Assembly: GCA_963693365.1 (NCBI GenBank)
Contig: CAVNZM010000017.1
Location: 535,989-599,988, forward strand
Origin: Amoebidium appalachense
Taxonomy: Eukaryota > Protista > Ichthyosporea
Length of the DNA stretch: 64,000 bases
Direction: 5' to 3'
Position numbers and translations under genes: made by a program. The notes beneath the pieces are model-generated. The model made no database searches, was not told the origin of the DNA, and worked only from the letters and a program-made list of their open reading frames with translations. Positions within the stretch are counted from its first letter, which is position 1. Each line of letters starts with the position of its first letter. Below, piece by piece: positions 39,078 to 52,994 of the stretch.

Positions 39078-41653
39078 CCCCCCCCCCCCTTCTCCCGGCA
39101 CACACACTCACAAACACAGACCAACACACACGCGCGCCCACATATGTGCTCTATAAAACTCACTTACGTGCCCGACATGCCCCTCCGTCCCCATCCTCCC
39201 CCCCCACCCCCACCCCCCGTGAGCCTTTTCTTTCACTCGCCTTCTCCCTGCCCCCTCCACCCGCTCCTCCCCTCCCCCCGGGCCCGTCCCCCCCCCCCCC
39301 CCCCCCCCCCCCCAACCCCCAACCCCCAGCCGCCCTCTTTCCCGCCCCTGCCGCTCTGCAAACATTGGCAAAACTCGACAGCCTCCTAGAAATTAATTTG
39401 AAAGTGTCCCTCGCTCATTTTTTTTTTTTTTTTTTTTTGCCCTTGGTTGGTTGGTTGGGGGAGATGGGGGAAGTGAGGGACTTAGGGGAAGCCTTGGAAG
39501 GGTGGTGGGGATTGTGTCCGCACAGAGAAGGGAGGAGAGGGCGGGAGGGGAGGAGGAGGAGAGGGGGAAGAATAGAGAAGGGAAAGGGATGCACGGGGAG
39601 GACAGTCGAAACCACTGCACGTGTTTTTTTCCATGCATTGTTTCAACCCACATTTGGTTATCTGTATCCACAGGATATTGGTGTATTGGTCAACAATGCA
39701 GGAATGCTTCGAGATGATTGGGCAAAAGTCACCTACGACCTTACCATGGCAACAAATGCGATTGGTCCCATGACCCTTACCGAGAGCCTTCTTCCTTACA
39801 TGGCAGAGGGGGGGCGAATTGTGAATGTTTCCTCGAATATGGGCAAGCTTGATACTCTATCTCACAACTACAAGGTACGATCACATATTTACCACCACAC
39901 CGAGCCCCTCTCCCCTCCGCCCTCCCCCCCTCCCACCCACCCACCTGCTTCCCCCGTCTGCATGCCTCCATTCCCTCTCCCCCTCCGTCCCCCCCCCTCC
40001 CACCCACCCACCTGCTCGCATTTTTTTAAAAAAAACCTTTGTTTTCTTTCTTTTTTTTTTTTTTTTTTTTATGCGTGGGGTGGCAGGTGCCGTCGTTGTG
40101 GTGTGTGTGTGGGTGGTTGGGTGTGTGTGTGTGTTGGGGGGGGGTTGCACGTTGGGTGAAGGATCGGATCGAAAAATTGTGTGTGAGACTTGGGACCAGG
40201 GGTTTGGGATGGCATGTGTTTGTAGTTGTGTGTGTAGGGGGGCTGCAGAGCATGAAAGTCCGATCGTCGGCAGCAATTCTTCCCCCTCCCCCCCCCCCCC
40301 CCCCCCCCGCCCCTGCGGCGCCTTAGCAGCAGCCGACCATTTTCTTCTCCAAACACAGCTAATGACTCCTTTGCTTCCTGCACACACACGCGCGCACACA
40401 CAAGCACACGCGCGCGCACACACGCACGCACGCACGCAAGGAAGCACGCACGCACGCACGAACGCACGCATACACACACACACACTGACATACACACACA
40501 CACACAAACAGGGACAGATAGAGTCTGCTCAGACCCTGTCGGAGCTTTTCACCATCCCCTTTGATGAAAACGACACAGTGATGGCGCAAGCCTCAGCGCC
40601 CACCTATCGCATATCCAAGGCGATCATGAATGGGGCAACGGTGCTACTTGCAAATTCCAAAACTGCAAAGTGAACACTCCCCCCCCCCCCCCCCCCCCCC
40701 TCAAGATTTACCCTCCCCCCACGTCTGCAGTGTACAGCCCCCCCCCCCCCCCCCCCCCCCCGAGTCTCCTATGCGGACAGAAGTAGACACGGCAGACACG
40801 CAGGGACAATGCAACATTTTTGCAGATGTGACAGGTGTGCCATTAGGACGCACAATCCTTGTGTGTGCACATACACAGACCGTCACTAGCACACACGCAT
40901 ACTTCCCCCCCCCCTCCCCCCCCCCCCCCCCCCCATAAGGGAGAGAGGGGGGGGGGGGGGGGGGGGGGGAGGAATCATGCACGCCCACACATACACGCAC
41001 ACCGTCGCCGTGGCATGCCATAGATGCACACCTGTACACACACGCACACATTTAACACAAACACACTTGACAGCGTACCCCGACTCCCTTTCTGTCCCTC
41101 TCTCTCGAGGGTATCTTTTGGCGTCGATTTCTCCGCTCTCTCTCTCCCTCTCTCTCTCTCTCTCTTTCTCTTTCTGTCTCTCTCTCTTCTCTCTCTCTCT
41201 CTCTCTCCCTCCCTCCCTCCCTCCCTCCCTCTTACTCTCTCCCCCTCCCCCCCCACCCCCCGCGGAGGCTCTCTCACTCTCTCTCTTTCTCTTTTTCTCT
41301 CTCTCCCTCCCTTTTCCCTCCCCCTCTTCGTCTCCCGGTGCACCTCTCCCCCTCCACCTCTTCCTCACCCTCAAAGTCCCCCCCCCCCCCCTCCCCGCCG
41401 CTTCACCCTCTCCTTGCCCCCCTCCCCCCCCCCCCTCCCCCCCCTTCTTTCACTCACACTCAAACCTTGCAGGGATCGCAACATCACCATTACTGCCGTT
41501 TCACCCGGCTGGTGCCGCACAGATATGGGTGGGGATGATGCCCCACGGAGTGCCGAGATAGGTAGAGACTCTGTGCTGTGGAATGTCTACCACCCACGGG
41601 CGGCAGATATAAACGGTGGGTTTTTCATGGACGGGCAACTGACCCCTTTTTGA
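38095..41653 (+). CDS. Short-chain dehydrogenase/reductase, carbonyl reductase-like, ~259 aa (exons 38095-38229, 38898-39002, 39674-39874, 40512-40669, 41473-41653)
   Basis: VLVTGANRGLG, LVNNAG, IVNVSS, YRISK (YxxxK), VSPGWCRTDMGG; five exons total 780 nt in frame. Confidence 0.92.
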
Positions 41654-42399
41654 TTTTGCTGTGTTACAGTGGTTACCACAGTATCTATAGTTGATGTTTG
41701 ATATTTTCTTGCTGCACTGGCAATCGAATGATTGATTTACTCCACATTGCGGCAAAGACCAGTATTTAAATGTGTTCAATTTATTCAATAACTGACTGTG
41801 CTGAATGACATCATCGTAGCATCATGATACATACACGGGGGGGGGGGGGGGGGGGGGGGAGGGGGGGAGGAGGTGGGGATTTATCGGAGCTTGCGAATTG
41901 TGAGGGCCTTAGGCTATTAATTATGTAAAGGGAAATAATTCGAATTCAGTCACGGTGTTCACTCAAGGCCTTCTGCAGTCACCACAACCCATCGATATGT
42001 GTGTGTGTGTGACAGCCACGTGTGTGTGACTGTGACGGTGTGTGTGTGTGTGTGTGTGTCGTGTGTGTCCCTTCTCGCCGCTTGGATCAAGAAAGAGAGA
42101 ACTAGAGCGCTTAAACCCTTGGCAAATTTCCTTGAAGCAGAAGTTGTCTCCTTTTTATCTAACAACTGTTGTAAACCTGGGCCTGTAACGCTCTCGATAT
42201 ATGGTCTGGTCCCAATAGCTGCTAGAGTATCCCATCTCGCGCTGAAATTCAATAAGCACATAAGCCGCTTAAAGAAGTATTTGCCCTCCCACCCTCTCTC
42301 ATGATCCGACCTGTCCCCTCCTCACCTCTCCCCTCTTTCCTTCCCTCTCTCTCTCCTTCTCCCCCGGGCACAAATACAAGTAAACCCCGCTAAAGTGTG

Positions 42400-42965
42400 C
42401 GTGTAACTTTGGACTGCCACTCACTTATTAAACATGTACACAATCACAAGATAATCACGCAATATAACAAATGGAAAAAGATACCACACGACATTAGACC
42501 CGATGAAAGCAAACACCTTGAAAATCTAAGCCTTGTGTCTCGTTTTATATATAAAGACCGCCTCAACCATATTGCCAAATATGGCACTCGCAAATGTATA
42601 ACACCTAAATACATATTACTTTCCTGTAGAACTGGTCTTTCTGTAGCTGATGGTATTATTGATCAATTACCACGCTTTCAGTTACTGTACACGTGCTATA
42701 CAGTGGAGATCTAATAAGTATAGGGTGGCATCGTTTGCATGCCCAAACAACACACACACACACCAGTTTAAACGGTCATGTATCGCCAAATGTAGTTTGA
42801 TAGACCACATATTACCGCAACACACACACGTCACATTCACAACACCCAGAAAGATAGCCTACCTGTAAATTACAACATCCTTGATTTTATACTAAACACG
42901 CGTAACTACGACCTGTTTTTTAGATGACATTTGATTGGCTTGAGAAACACATCACTACAAAATTC
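42400..42965 (+). pseudogene. LINE ORF2 C-terminal fragment, frameshifted, running into (CA)n
   Basis: ITQYNKWKKIPHDIR..RAIQWRSNKYRV..ACPN..FKRSCIAKCSLI..NILDFILNTRNYD parallels AERYVEWLATPPEVR..AWRCNRF..FTRGCISINKCNLL..TILDHLINAAQYD. Confidence 0.8.
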
Positions 42966-42970
42966 TAGCG

Positions 42971-43077
<107 letters not shown>

Positions 43078-43146
43078 CCAGCTGATACCGAGTGTCCCAG
43101 GGGAGCCCCCCCCCCCCCCCCCCCCCCTTCCCCCCCCCCCCCCCCC

Positions 43147-43181
<35 letters not shown>

Positions 43182-45504
43182 GGGGATCCCCAACTAATTG
43201 ATTTTTCTTAGTCTTTATGGTGTCTCGTAGAGAAAGTAAACACTGATATATAGTCCTCACCCGACATCTATGTACGTGAATCAGATCATGATATACCGCT
43301 GAGGGGGTATTCCGAGCAAAAACCCCCCATACCTGAGACTGGTCTCTCTTTGCCTCGAGCAAACAGCGTAAACCCCAATATAGTATGAGTGTTACTCTGA
43401 CGGATGTTGTGTATCGACTAACCTATTGTAGCTATACCGCTCGCTGGCTCCAACTTACTAAGCTTCGGTGTACATGTACACCTCCAGCCCGAGTTGAACA
43501 TGGGGGCTGATACATATCGATCGACCCGTGACGCGCCGCGCGGACCCCTCCTTTTCCGCTCCCAGGCATCTGCAGCCAGGCCTTTCTTCGGCAAGCACAT
43601 GTCCACCTATGTGCATAATGCATGTCTACAAGTGTTTTTGTAGCTGGTGAGGGTTTTCTTGGAGTGCATGTGACCCTCATGATCATCACAGATATCGATA
43701 TCGATGACAGAAGCTACGGTAGCACCGTAGCAGTGCCCGGGAGGGCATGCCATGTGCAGTACGTGCGCCTCAGGCTGTCGGCGATGAAGACGTGTCACAA
43801 ACTCTTGCCACCACTATTTGATTATTAATTAATCACATGAGTTGCTCGGCTACCACGTTATGATAACAGACACAACCGATACAATAGATAATATTATATT
43901 GCTGCAGTAAATAGTATAATTGCATCTTGTACCTATATTTTCCTCACCCCGGCCTGCCCACACCCAGTTTGAGTGAAGCTTCTATCTCCTTCCGAACGGT
44001 TTCGAATCCGGGTTCGGAAATCTGTGGCACCTCTGGCGATCATCAGCGGCCCATCTCAGAGAGGCCCGCAGTACTAGTACTTGATATGATATCATTGAAG
44101 AAGCCTTCTGGCCCCACAGAAGCTCTCTGTCGAAAGATATTATATCATATTATTAACCCAAGTCTATTATTTGGCCAAAAGCCCAAACCTTTACAGACAA
44201 ATGTCTATTCGCTAAATGATTTTTTGTGATGTTTTACAATTTGTGTTTCTTTTTCCCGTCAACTTTGGAAGCTCCATCGGGTCACCGCGTGTACACGCGG
44301 TGCCAAAAGGTCTTCCTATTGGATCCCAGAAGTGCAATCCCTTCTACCTTCTTCTATTGCTGCGCTGTAAACCAATCGCCATAGACATTCGAACTCGCTT
44401 TCGACGAATGAGGACGCCTCAAAAGTCTCCAATAAAGGCATTTTGCCAGATGAAAATTCATTGACCCCCACCCGCAATAAATGCACTTTCTTTTGAATCG
44501 CAATGTTCCCGTTCAAGGGCTTTCTACACAAAATATACTAAACTGTCAAACACTAAAAAAATTAAGGGAAAAGGATAATACGGTTTTCTGCAGATATTTC
44601 TGTCCTACTTTGGTACAGCAATAAACAAAAACAGCACGCCTGGCCCTAAGTGTCCGGTTCGATAACAAATCTGGCCTTACATATAAAACCCCGGGAACCA
44701 TGGGGCCCAAAATTCCAGAGGATAATATGGTGGTCGTGTGCATGTCGCAGCATACGTATACGTAAGAAATATATTGTTATAAAGAAATATATTGTTAGGT
44801 ATCCTTGGCTTAGCGAGAACGCAACAGTAGTGTTACAGTACTGCATTGCTTTTTGCTATTTTTTTCTGTGCCTCCGCTGCTTGGTTGCATTCTCAGGCTG
44901 AGGCGACGCGCAAATTTAAAATGTGTGAAGCTTTTTGGAGGTATGTCTTTTTATGTCATTATTTTTCACAGTGAAAGAATATATCAAAAAAATTATGCAT
45001 AACTATAGAAAATTTAAGATTTTGCTAATAAAAACCCGTTCAACCTTAACAATTGTTCCAACATGGATGACACTGGAGGACCCGTCCCGGGCCGTCACCC
45101 GGTTCCCGCAGAAAGTTCCATAGGTTTGTCATCCCCAAATCTTTCAACTCTGAACATTGGGGCTCAACACCAGCAAGTGGGGGTTCATATATATAGATCA
45201 ACTTGCATTCTTCGTAATTTCAGTGATTTCGTGAGTTGCACGGTATTTTTCAATCTTATAAAACCATTTTCCCAAAAGGTCCACCCTGGTCTTCCTTCAA
45301 AACCATCGCCTGCCTTTTGGGGGCAGACTTGGAGATCGCCGGTCACGGAGGCAGGAGAGAGTCACTCTGTATCCGTTTCAGTGACTCGTTTTGTCGATTA
45401 CCTCGCGTCTTTTTTACTTATCATTTTGAAGCTTTTTTGAGCACAAGAGATTTTGGTTTGTTTATTTTTTCAGTGAACCAACGCCTCCCTGTCCCGCCGA
45501 AGCC

Positions 45505-46494
45505 ATGGGCCGCACGAAGTTCCTCTGTTCTTTTGGCGGGTGCAAGTCATGTACCCCCAACATGCGCTTCAACGTCGAACGTCATGTGTGGACGCAGCAT
45601 GTTCGCAAAAACTTCCCTGGGATGGACAACACCAACTATACAGCGCGCCAACACAAACAGTATGTTGACCGCTACGTCGCGCCAGCAGAGGTTGACCCCT
45701 CAGACACTGCATCTATGGATGGCACATATTCGCGGCGCCCATCCCTCTCAAACCGTCCGCCCAAAAGCATCCCGTCACGAAGTTCCGACGAGGAACGTCA
45801 AGACAGTTTCCACACTTCGCGCGAGTACCAAAGATCACTCGACGAAGTGCAGAGCCCCTTTCGTGATATACCAAGCGAAAAACTGGTGTTTCATGGTGAG
45901 GGGGATACAGGCCTAAGACGCCACAGTGATGCCATGGGTGAGGGGAGAAAAGACAGGGACTTATTCCCTGTTACAACATCGCGTCATAGTCTACCCAATG
46001 TTCAAGTTAAGTCAGAACATGATCGGTTTGAGACTTCGTGGCAAGAGACAACAAAGCGCGCATGGGGGTCCGATTGTGCGCTTGAGATGAGCCGTGGTAC
46101 GTTCAAGCTCGAAAATGAAGGGGTAAACGGGCATTCGAAAGTATATTTTGCACAGAATGACGCCTTTGCTGAGGATGATGGTGGGTTGGTAACCCTGCAT
46201 CCATCAAAAGCCACTCTATCGGGAATAGACGACTTCAACGATTCGACATTTGTCGCAACCATTCGAAGTGGGTCGGAGGCAGAGTCTGAACAGAGCGACA
46301 TGAAATCACTTTTGAACGTTGTCTCCCAGCTTTCCCCCCAGGACCAACAACAGCTCTACAACGCGGGCACACAGTACAAGTTGCATGCAAACGCTGTCTC
46401 ATGGGGAAACGCCGACTACTTCAGTTACTTTAGTGGCCTCAGCGTGCAGGACGGCGGGCTCAACAAGAATGTGTGGCGGCCGGCAAAGTTCTAG
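45505..46494 (+). CDS. 329 aa protein with an N-terminal C2H2-like zinc finger and long polar tail; short upstream exons from ATG 45063 possible
   Basis: FLCSFGGC..(12)..RHVWTQH; long uninterrupted non-repetitive ORF preceded by an acceptor TTTTTCAG at 45473. Confidence 0.75.
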   Translation: MGRTKFLCSFGGCKSCTPNMRFNVERHVWTQHVRKNFPGMDNTNYTARQHKQYVDRYVAPAEVDPSDTASMDGTYSRRPSLSNRPPKSIPSRSSDEERQDSFHTSREYQRSLDEVQSPFRDIPSEKLVFHGEGDTGLRRHSDAMGEGRKDRDLFPVTTSRHSLPNVQVKSEHDRFETSWQETTKRAWGSDCALEMSRGTFKLENEGVNGHSKVYFAQNDAFAEDDGGLVTLHPSKATLSGIDDFNDSTFVATIRSGSEAESEQSDMKSLLNVVSQLSPQDQQQLYNAGTQYKLHANAVSWGNADYFSYFSGLSVQDGGLNKNVWRPAKF

Positions 46495-48332
46495 GAAGTT
46501 CTGCAAGCTTCTGATGACCAACGTGAATGTGTATATGGCCAACAACAGCTTCAGATGTGCATCTTGATATCGACACGGTCGGATCCGTGACCGCCTGGCT
46601 GCATGTCTGCCATCACGATACTGCAGCAATTCGCCTAAAACAGTTTTTAAAGAATCCATGATGGTGTTGCTGGAAAGAAGGAACTCTGTTTTATTGTCGC
46701 AATGTACAGACTCTGAGCGTTAGAAGCATGCGTGTTCATCGAGTGATTCAGAATTAGAGATTCACTATTTAGATTAGTAATCATCATCGGATAGTGCTTG
46801 TCCACAATGGTGTTAAACTTTGTCGGCATTTTGCTTTCTTGCTGGCACTGTGACCATCGGCTTGACTACGTGAGGTTCAATTGAACAACATAATGGGGGC
46901 TTATAAATCCGTAAGAGCATCAAAGTTTAACCTACTACGGTGACCGTCACGGAAAGTCCATAACTCCTACTCGTGACAACCTCAGGCTGTATAAATCATA
47001 TTACTAGTACTGATTGTATTTAATCATTTGCACAACTCTGTGATATTATTATTTTTCGATCCACTCACTGGCTATAGCCCGTGACGTAATAACTAACTTA
47101 ATACACGTGACTAATCATTCAGTGTTAGTAAGACTAATTCGTTAAATACTTGAAAATCGGATTCGGTTACTGAGGGGCGAATATTTATTGCCATAAAAAG
47201 GCTAATTTTTTTTTTTTTTTTTTTTCTTCTTCAAGTGCGTCCTTGTAATACTGTCTTTTTGTGCTATTCTTTTTGTCGTGTACATATTGAGCAGCCTGGC
47301 AGCCTCTGATTATGTTTCGGAAATGAACTGGGCGCTAGTGGTTAGTCATGACTAGTAGCTAAGACTTGCCAACTTGAAGCCTCAGTGAAGTCTTACTTTT
47401 AACGATTTGCTTTAAAACTGTTTAGTAATACCATGCATAGTAAAATCTACTAGTAAAATTTCTGCGTCACGGGTTTCAAGTGCACCGTGCTGCACACGCA
47501 CAAATTTAAACTTCGTACTAGTGGCACCGCCAGTACATCAGTGTGTAATTTGGTTACGCGGGCGCCGCCATTCAAACCCCTGCGGAACCCCCCCCCCCCC
47601 CGGGGGCCGGGCCCCACCCGAAAATAAACACACACACACATACACACACTCTCTCTCTCTTTTTGAAAGCGTTCGCCGTGACGAGCGGCACACTGAGGCT
47701 AGCTCAGTACTGTACGCCACGGTAACCGTGTCGTCTGGAGTACACGGTTGAAGTTCTCTGTGTTTGGCGTGGCGCACGATGGTCCCCTGCCGCTTCAGAG
47801 TCCTCAGCCTCAGAAGTTCCCCCCCCCCCCCCCCCCCCCCCCTCCAGGATGTATTTACGGCTTATTAGTCCACAATGTGCGTAGTAAGTATACCCCTTTT
47901 TGATACCGGCGCACGTGCGGTGCGGCTAAAAACATGTTGCTTTCAGACAACTATACACAGACCCCCTCCCCCTCTAGGGCCTTATGAAAATATTTTTTTC
48001 TTTTTACTCGGTTTTATTGATCCGTTGATAAAGGCAACGTGCAGCCACAGGCTACATAACCACCAAAAGAACTGAAAAAGCTAAAGCTACGAAATAAAAA
48101 TAAAGCGACAAGTGACAAAGGACACCAGCGGGCAAAACCTGAAGTGTATGTGTATGCGTGAAACTAGTTTGCTCCAATTAGTCATATGCATCGATGTTGA
48201 CCAGACCACACTCCGCAAGAAGACATCATTACTGCTGCTTCCCAACAGGCCCCCCTCAAAACCTACCGAGGCACAGCAAGCAAGTCAGCCTCTAAAAGAG
48301 CAATGCAGACCAAATCTGAGCTAAAAAACAAT

Positions 48333-48735
48333 CCCAACGGGCCCGGCCCCTAGATAATCCGGAGAAACTGCATCTAGCTCTCTGTTAAGGTGGCCTAGTT
48401 GTGGCAGGACACACAGAAAAACACAATTACAGAATGCATGCAAGCAAACCCGGTCATTGCCATACGACTGGAGATTGTTTTTCCGCCCTGAGTATCGATA
48501 TCAACCTGAATATATCACGAAAATATCGCAAAGGACTCAGATTATCCCGTTTTTCAAAGGCCTCAACATATCCCGAAAACCTCCCTGAATATCAATCATC
48601 TCAACATATCCCGAAAACCTCCCTGAATATCAAAAGATACTCAACAGTATCCTATTTGTGCCCTGATTATCAGGCCCAAGTATCCAGTCCAGACAACTTA
48701 CTGACTAAGCTTATCACCCGAATATCTAAGGCGAA
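48333..48735. mobile_element. Possible CACTA-like MITE end with subterminal repeats
   Basis: Starts CCCAACGGG (also at ~57013); 32 bp direct repeat CTCAACATATCCCGAAAACCTCCCTGAATATCAA at ~48562 and ~48600; many GAATATC/TATCC motifs. Confidence 0.4.
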
Positions 48736-48750
48736 TACACGTGTGCGCAC

Positions 48751-48819
<69 letters not shown>

Positions 48820-48820
48820 C

Positions 48821-48853
<33 letters not shown>

Positions 48854-48858
48854 ATGGT

Positions 48859-48895
<37 letters not shown>

Positions 48896-49342
48896 TGGTG
48901 TACACGTGAGTGTGTGTGTGTGTGTGTATGTGTGTGTGTGACTGTCTGTGTGTGTGTGTGTGTGTTTGGGGGGGGGGGGCTCGCAGGGAGGGGGTTTTTG
49001 AATCTGAAAACCCCTGGGAAGGGCGTGCGGGGGGGGGGGGGGGGGGGGGGGGGGGCTGAGTGGGTATTATTATCCTTACCAGCCTACATACCCACTAAGC
49101 ATGCTCCAACACCACCACCACCACATATGCGCGCGCACACACACATACACACACGCGCTTTGCTAAAAAGGAAAACACACTTGGAATCTGATACATGAAA
49201 GAAGAACGAAAAGAATCAGGGGGGCCCAAAATAGAACCTTGTTGTGGTACAGCTATTTATTGGTGTGCAGGGTTTGAATGTGTATGTGGTGTGACGTATT
49301 AAAGTGGGCAGGAGAAGGGACGGGGGGGGAGAGAGAGAGAGA

Positions 49343-49376
<34 letters not shown>

Positions 49377-49715
49377 TGTGTGCAAATAGAGGCAAAGAGT
49401 TGGGTGGAAAAATAGTGGTGGTGAGCAAGCAAACCAGTGAGCCAGCTAAGTTGAACGAGCGAATGAGTGAGTGAGTGAGTGAGTGATTAATTTGTAACTG
49501 GGAGTGTGTGTGTATGTGTGTGTGTGTGCGTGTGGGCGTGTGTGCACAGAGCGCGCATGTCCTGATAACCCCCCTCCCCCCCCCCCCCCCCCCCCCTTTT
49601 CCTTTAACCTTTTTCTCTTTTTCCCCCCCCCCCTTTTTTTCTTTCGTTTTTCTGTATTGGGGGTGGGTGGGTGGATGGGTGAGGGGAAGGGGGGGGGGGG
49701 GGGGGGGGGGGGGGG

Positions 49716-49765
<50 letters not shown>

Positions 49766-49769
49766 CCAT

Positions 49770-50810
49770 GTAACGCAGTTCACTACCGCTTAATCCTCCA
49801 CCACTATCTCACAACTCCCACTCACATCGTCTCACCGCCTCCGTGTCCTTCAGTTTTGAACAACTCCTAATCTCTACCTCTCGTAGGTTTGGAAACCCAC
49901 AGGCCGGAACGGGTCCCAATGAGCACAAGTTTGTTGCAGCAATCTAAATACAGGGTCTCCAAGTGTGGGTGGCGCGATAGGTCGAGTATTGAACCCTCAG
50001 GAACAGACACATAACGCAACGATAAAGACGAGCGCGTGTGGAGGGTCCCTATTACAGACCCCGGCCAAATAACATAGCGCAATTCCGTGTGTGTGAGCGT
50101 GTTTCTGGACTCTTCTAGAAAGGACATGTCTCCCACATCGTAGAAATCTTGTTCGTCTCTAGACATCACACAAACACTTTCCAGGCGAGAAGTATGCAGT
50201 CGCGGGAATCCGACCTCAAGCGCACAATCCAAGTGGGTGAGCTCGCGACTTGTAATTTCCATGTCGGCACTAAACCCTGAAAACGAAGCGCTTTTCAAAT
50301 GCGGTAGTCGTGGGATGTCCTCGATACAAATAGCCACGCCTGAAACCTTCAGATGCTCAAGGTTTGGGCCCCCTTTCAAAGGCGAAAAGTCGACGGTCAG
50401 ACTTCCCCACTGTGTTGTCATCTTCAACCGCTTGAGAGCATGGCACGTTTCTAGAAACTTTGGTCGGTACACCTCTTCCTCCCAATCCTCATCGCTGCCA
50501 TAACATTCATGCTCGGATTTCGGTAGACCGTCACAGAAAAAAAGATCCAGCACCATGTTTTGCACGTTGGGCATCAAGCTCATAAACACTTTGGCGTTTC
50601 TATCGTGGAGGGGGCTGAGAGAATCATAGTAGAACTCTGTGATGTTTTCATTGCGTAAGCTGCGCCTTGGAAAAAACAGGAATATCACAGTTCTCAAGGG
50701 CAAAGTGTTTCATGTTGCGACAGGCCTCAAAAGCCAAATACACAAGACGATTGCTCCTGCCAGGGTCGAAAAAAACCAAATCCGGAAAGTCCAGAAAGAC
50801 GTAGGTGAGG
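49770..50810 (-). pseudogene. LRR region of an F-box/LRR paralog (copy B), frameshifted; 5' part cut by (GA)n
   Basis: Colinear with copy A (NENITEFYY/NESITDFSY; FPRLHTSRLE/FPRLHTECLE; LDLSRHPHLETLYLDCC/LDLPRYPHLERLCLDSC); frameshifts near 50660 and 49920. Confidence 0.8.
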
Positions 50811-50826
50811 GTGGGTGCTAATGCTC

Positions 50827-51031
<205 letters not shown>

Positions 51032-51239
51032 CATAAAAAAAATTTTTGAAGCACCACCGTAAAATAAAAACACCAAGTCCCAAACCATAGAATCATGCAG
51101 GCAGCAGAGCCCATCATCAAAAGTACTCTTCGTGGCTCGTATGTTTCCTCAAAAGAATTATTTCGACCCTTAACCTCTTAGGCACGTAATTCCCAGCCCA
51201 AACTGTGCACAACAACAATAGGTAAGCCAAACCCGGAGT

Positions 51240-51275
<36 letters not shown>

Positions 51276-51514
51276 GGGGGGGGAGGTGAGAAAAGAAGGA
51301 GGGGGGGGGGAAGGTGAGATAGGATGGAGGGGGGAGGCGGAAGGGGGGGATGTGAGTATTTAAAGGTGCGAGACAAAGAAGCAAAGGGGTGGTGCAAAAA
51401 CCCCAAAGAAACAAAAAAAACAACCACACCAAAGAACAATGCAGGTACAACACAAAAGACTGTCACTCCACAGAACAGAGCCCAGAAGGGGGCGACGGGT
51501 TGGGTCGATGGGGG

Positions 51515-51593
<79 letters not shown>

Positions 51594-51780
51594 TGGGGGA
51601 TGGGATGCTAACACGTACTGACGTGTTGCCGCACGTGCGACGTTTTAACATCTACTCAGGCGGCAAAAAAAAAAAAAAAAAAAAGAGAGAAAGGAGACAC
51701 CGCCTCAGTAGGTGGTAGGATGGGATGGGGGCAATAACAGAAAAGTACATACAAGCAAAAAGGCAAACAAGGACTTCCAA

Positions 51781-51813
<33 letters not shown>

Positions 51814-52604
51814 AAAAAAAGTACGAGTGCGTGATGGAATGGGGCTCATTCTAACATGATATCATACATAGCATTATGGTGGTGGGGTGAGGAGCTGGTG
51901 GGGTGAGGGAGAAAGGGGGGGGGGGGGGGGGGGGGGGGGGGGGAGGGGGGGAATGAAAGGCAAGTTTTGCTGCTTATGCTCATTGATTGGGCGAAAAAAG
52001 GGCTAATAAAGCTCGTTCATATGATATTATGTGGCAGTCCATTCACGTGTACACACACCCCAATATAACACGAGCATAAGGGTGCAATCACTTTAAAGTA
52101 TACTTCCGAGGACCCCCCCCAAAAAAAAGAAAGAAAGAAAGGAAAAAAAAAGCACAGTCTCAGACACAAACACACATGAGCACATTTTTCAGTTTCACAA
52201 TATGAAAACCCCCAAATATACAAACCCGCTATGCCTCTCCATATCTTTCCGTTTTTCGTGTTTGTGTTTACATGAATAGCATTCCTTGTTGTATGCGTTT
52301 TGAAGGGGCGTGTGTTGGCGTTGCTGCATCGCTTGTTTTCTCCGGTGATGGGTGCTAGTACTGAGTATAAGCTATTAGTTGTCCCTGATAAGGTGGGCAT
52401 GGATGTGCACGTGCGTGCACGCACAGGTGCATGTGTATTGTGATTCATGCATTACAACCTGTGCTTTCTTGTATGTAGATGTGTGCGCATGTTTGTAAGG
52501 GAATGTAAGTTACCAAAAGGGCATAGGGAGAGACGGGAGCCACGGAGTTATGGGCGGGGTGACCCAGTGTGAGGGCGTGTGTGTGTGCCACGGCGGCGGC
52601 GCGC

Positions 52605-52660
<56 letters not shown>

Positions 52661-52937
52661 CCACGTGCGCACGCGGGCATGCACATCATATATCGTGCTT
52701 AATCAATTGTGCGTGAGCGTCGAGGAAAAAAAAAGACCCCATGTGTTTGTAGGGTGGTGTAGGTAGGGGTGTATGGAGAATGCGACGAAGGCGCCGAGTT
52801 CAAGTTTTGATGGCGACACACAGGTGTGTGTGTGCTGTGTGTTTGTACGTGCCAGTGTGTGGAGGTGCATTCGTGCGTTCGTGCTTGTTGTGCCTGCCAG
52901 TGCATGCCTGAGTGTGTCTTTGTATGTGTGTGTGTGT

Positions 52938-52972
<35 letters not shown>

Positions 52973-52994
52973 GGGGACAACTAGAGATGACACA

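Noticed and set aside
42060-42312. Possible orphan minus-strand exon (EGKYFFKRLMCLLNFSARWD...)
   Set aside because: Has an acceptor but no donor, partner exons or recognisable family.
43200-43830. Coding-like minus-strand stretch with stops
   Set aside because: Could not be assigned to any family.
43985-44050. Hammerhead ribozyme on the minus strand (CTGATGA...GAAAC)
   Set aside because: Stem II cannot be closed between the two core boxes and stems I/III are not evident.
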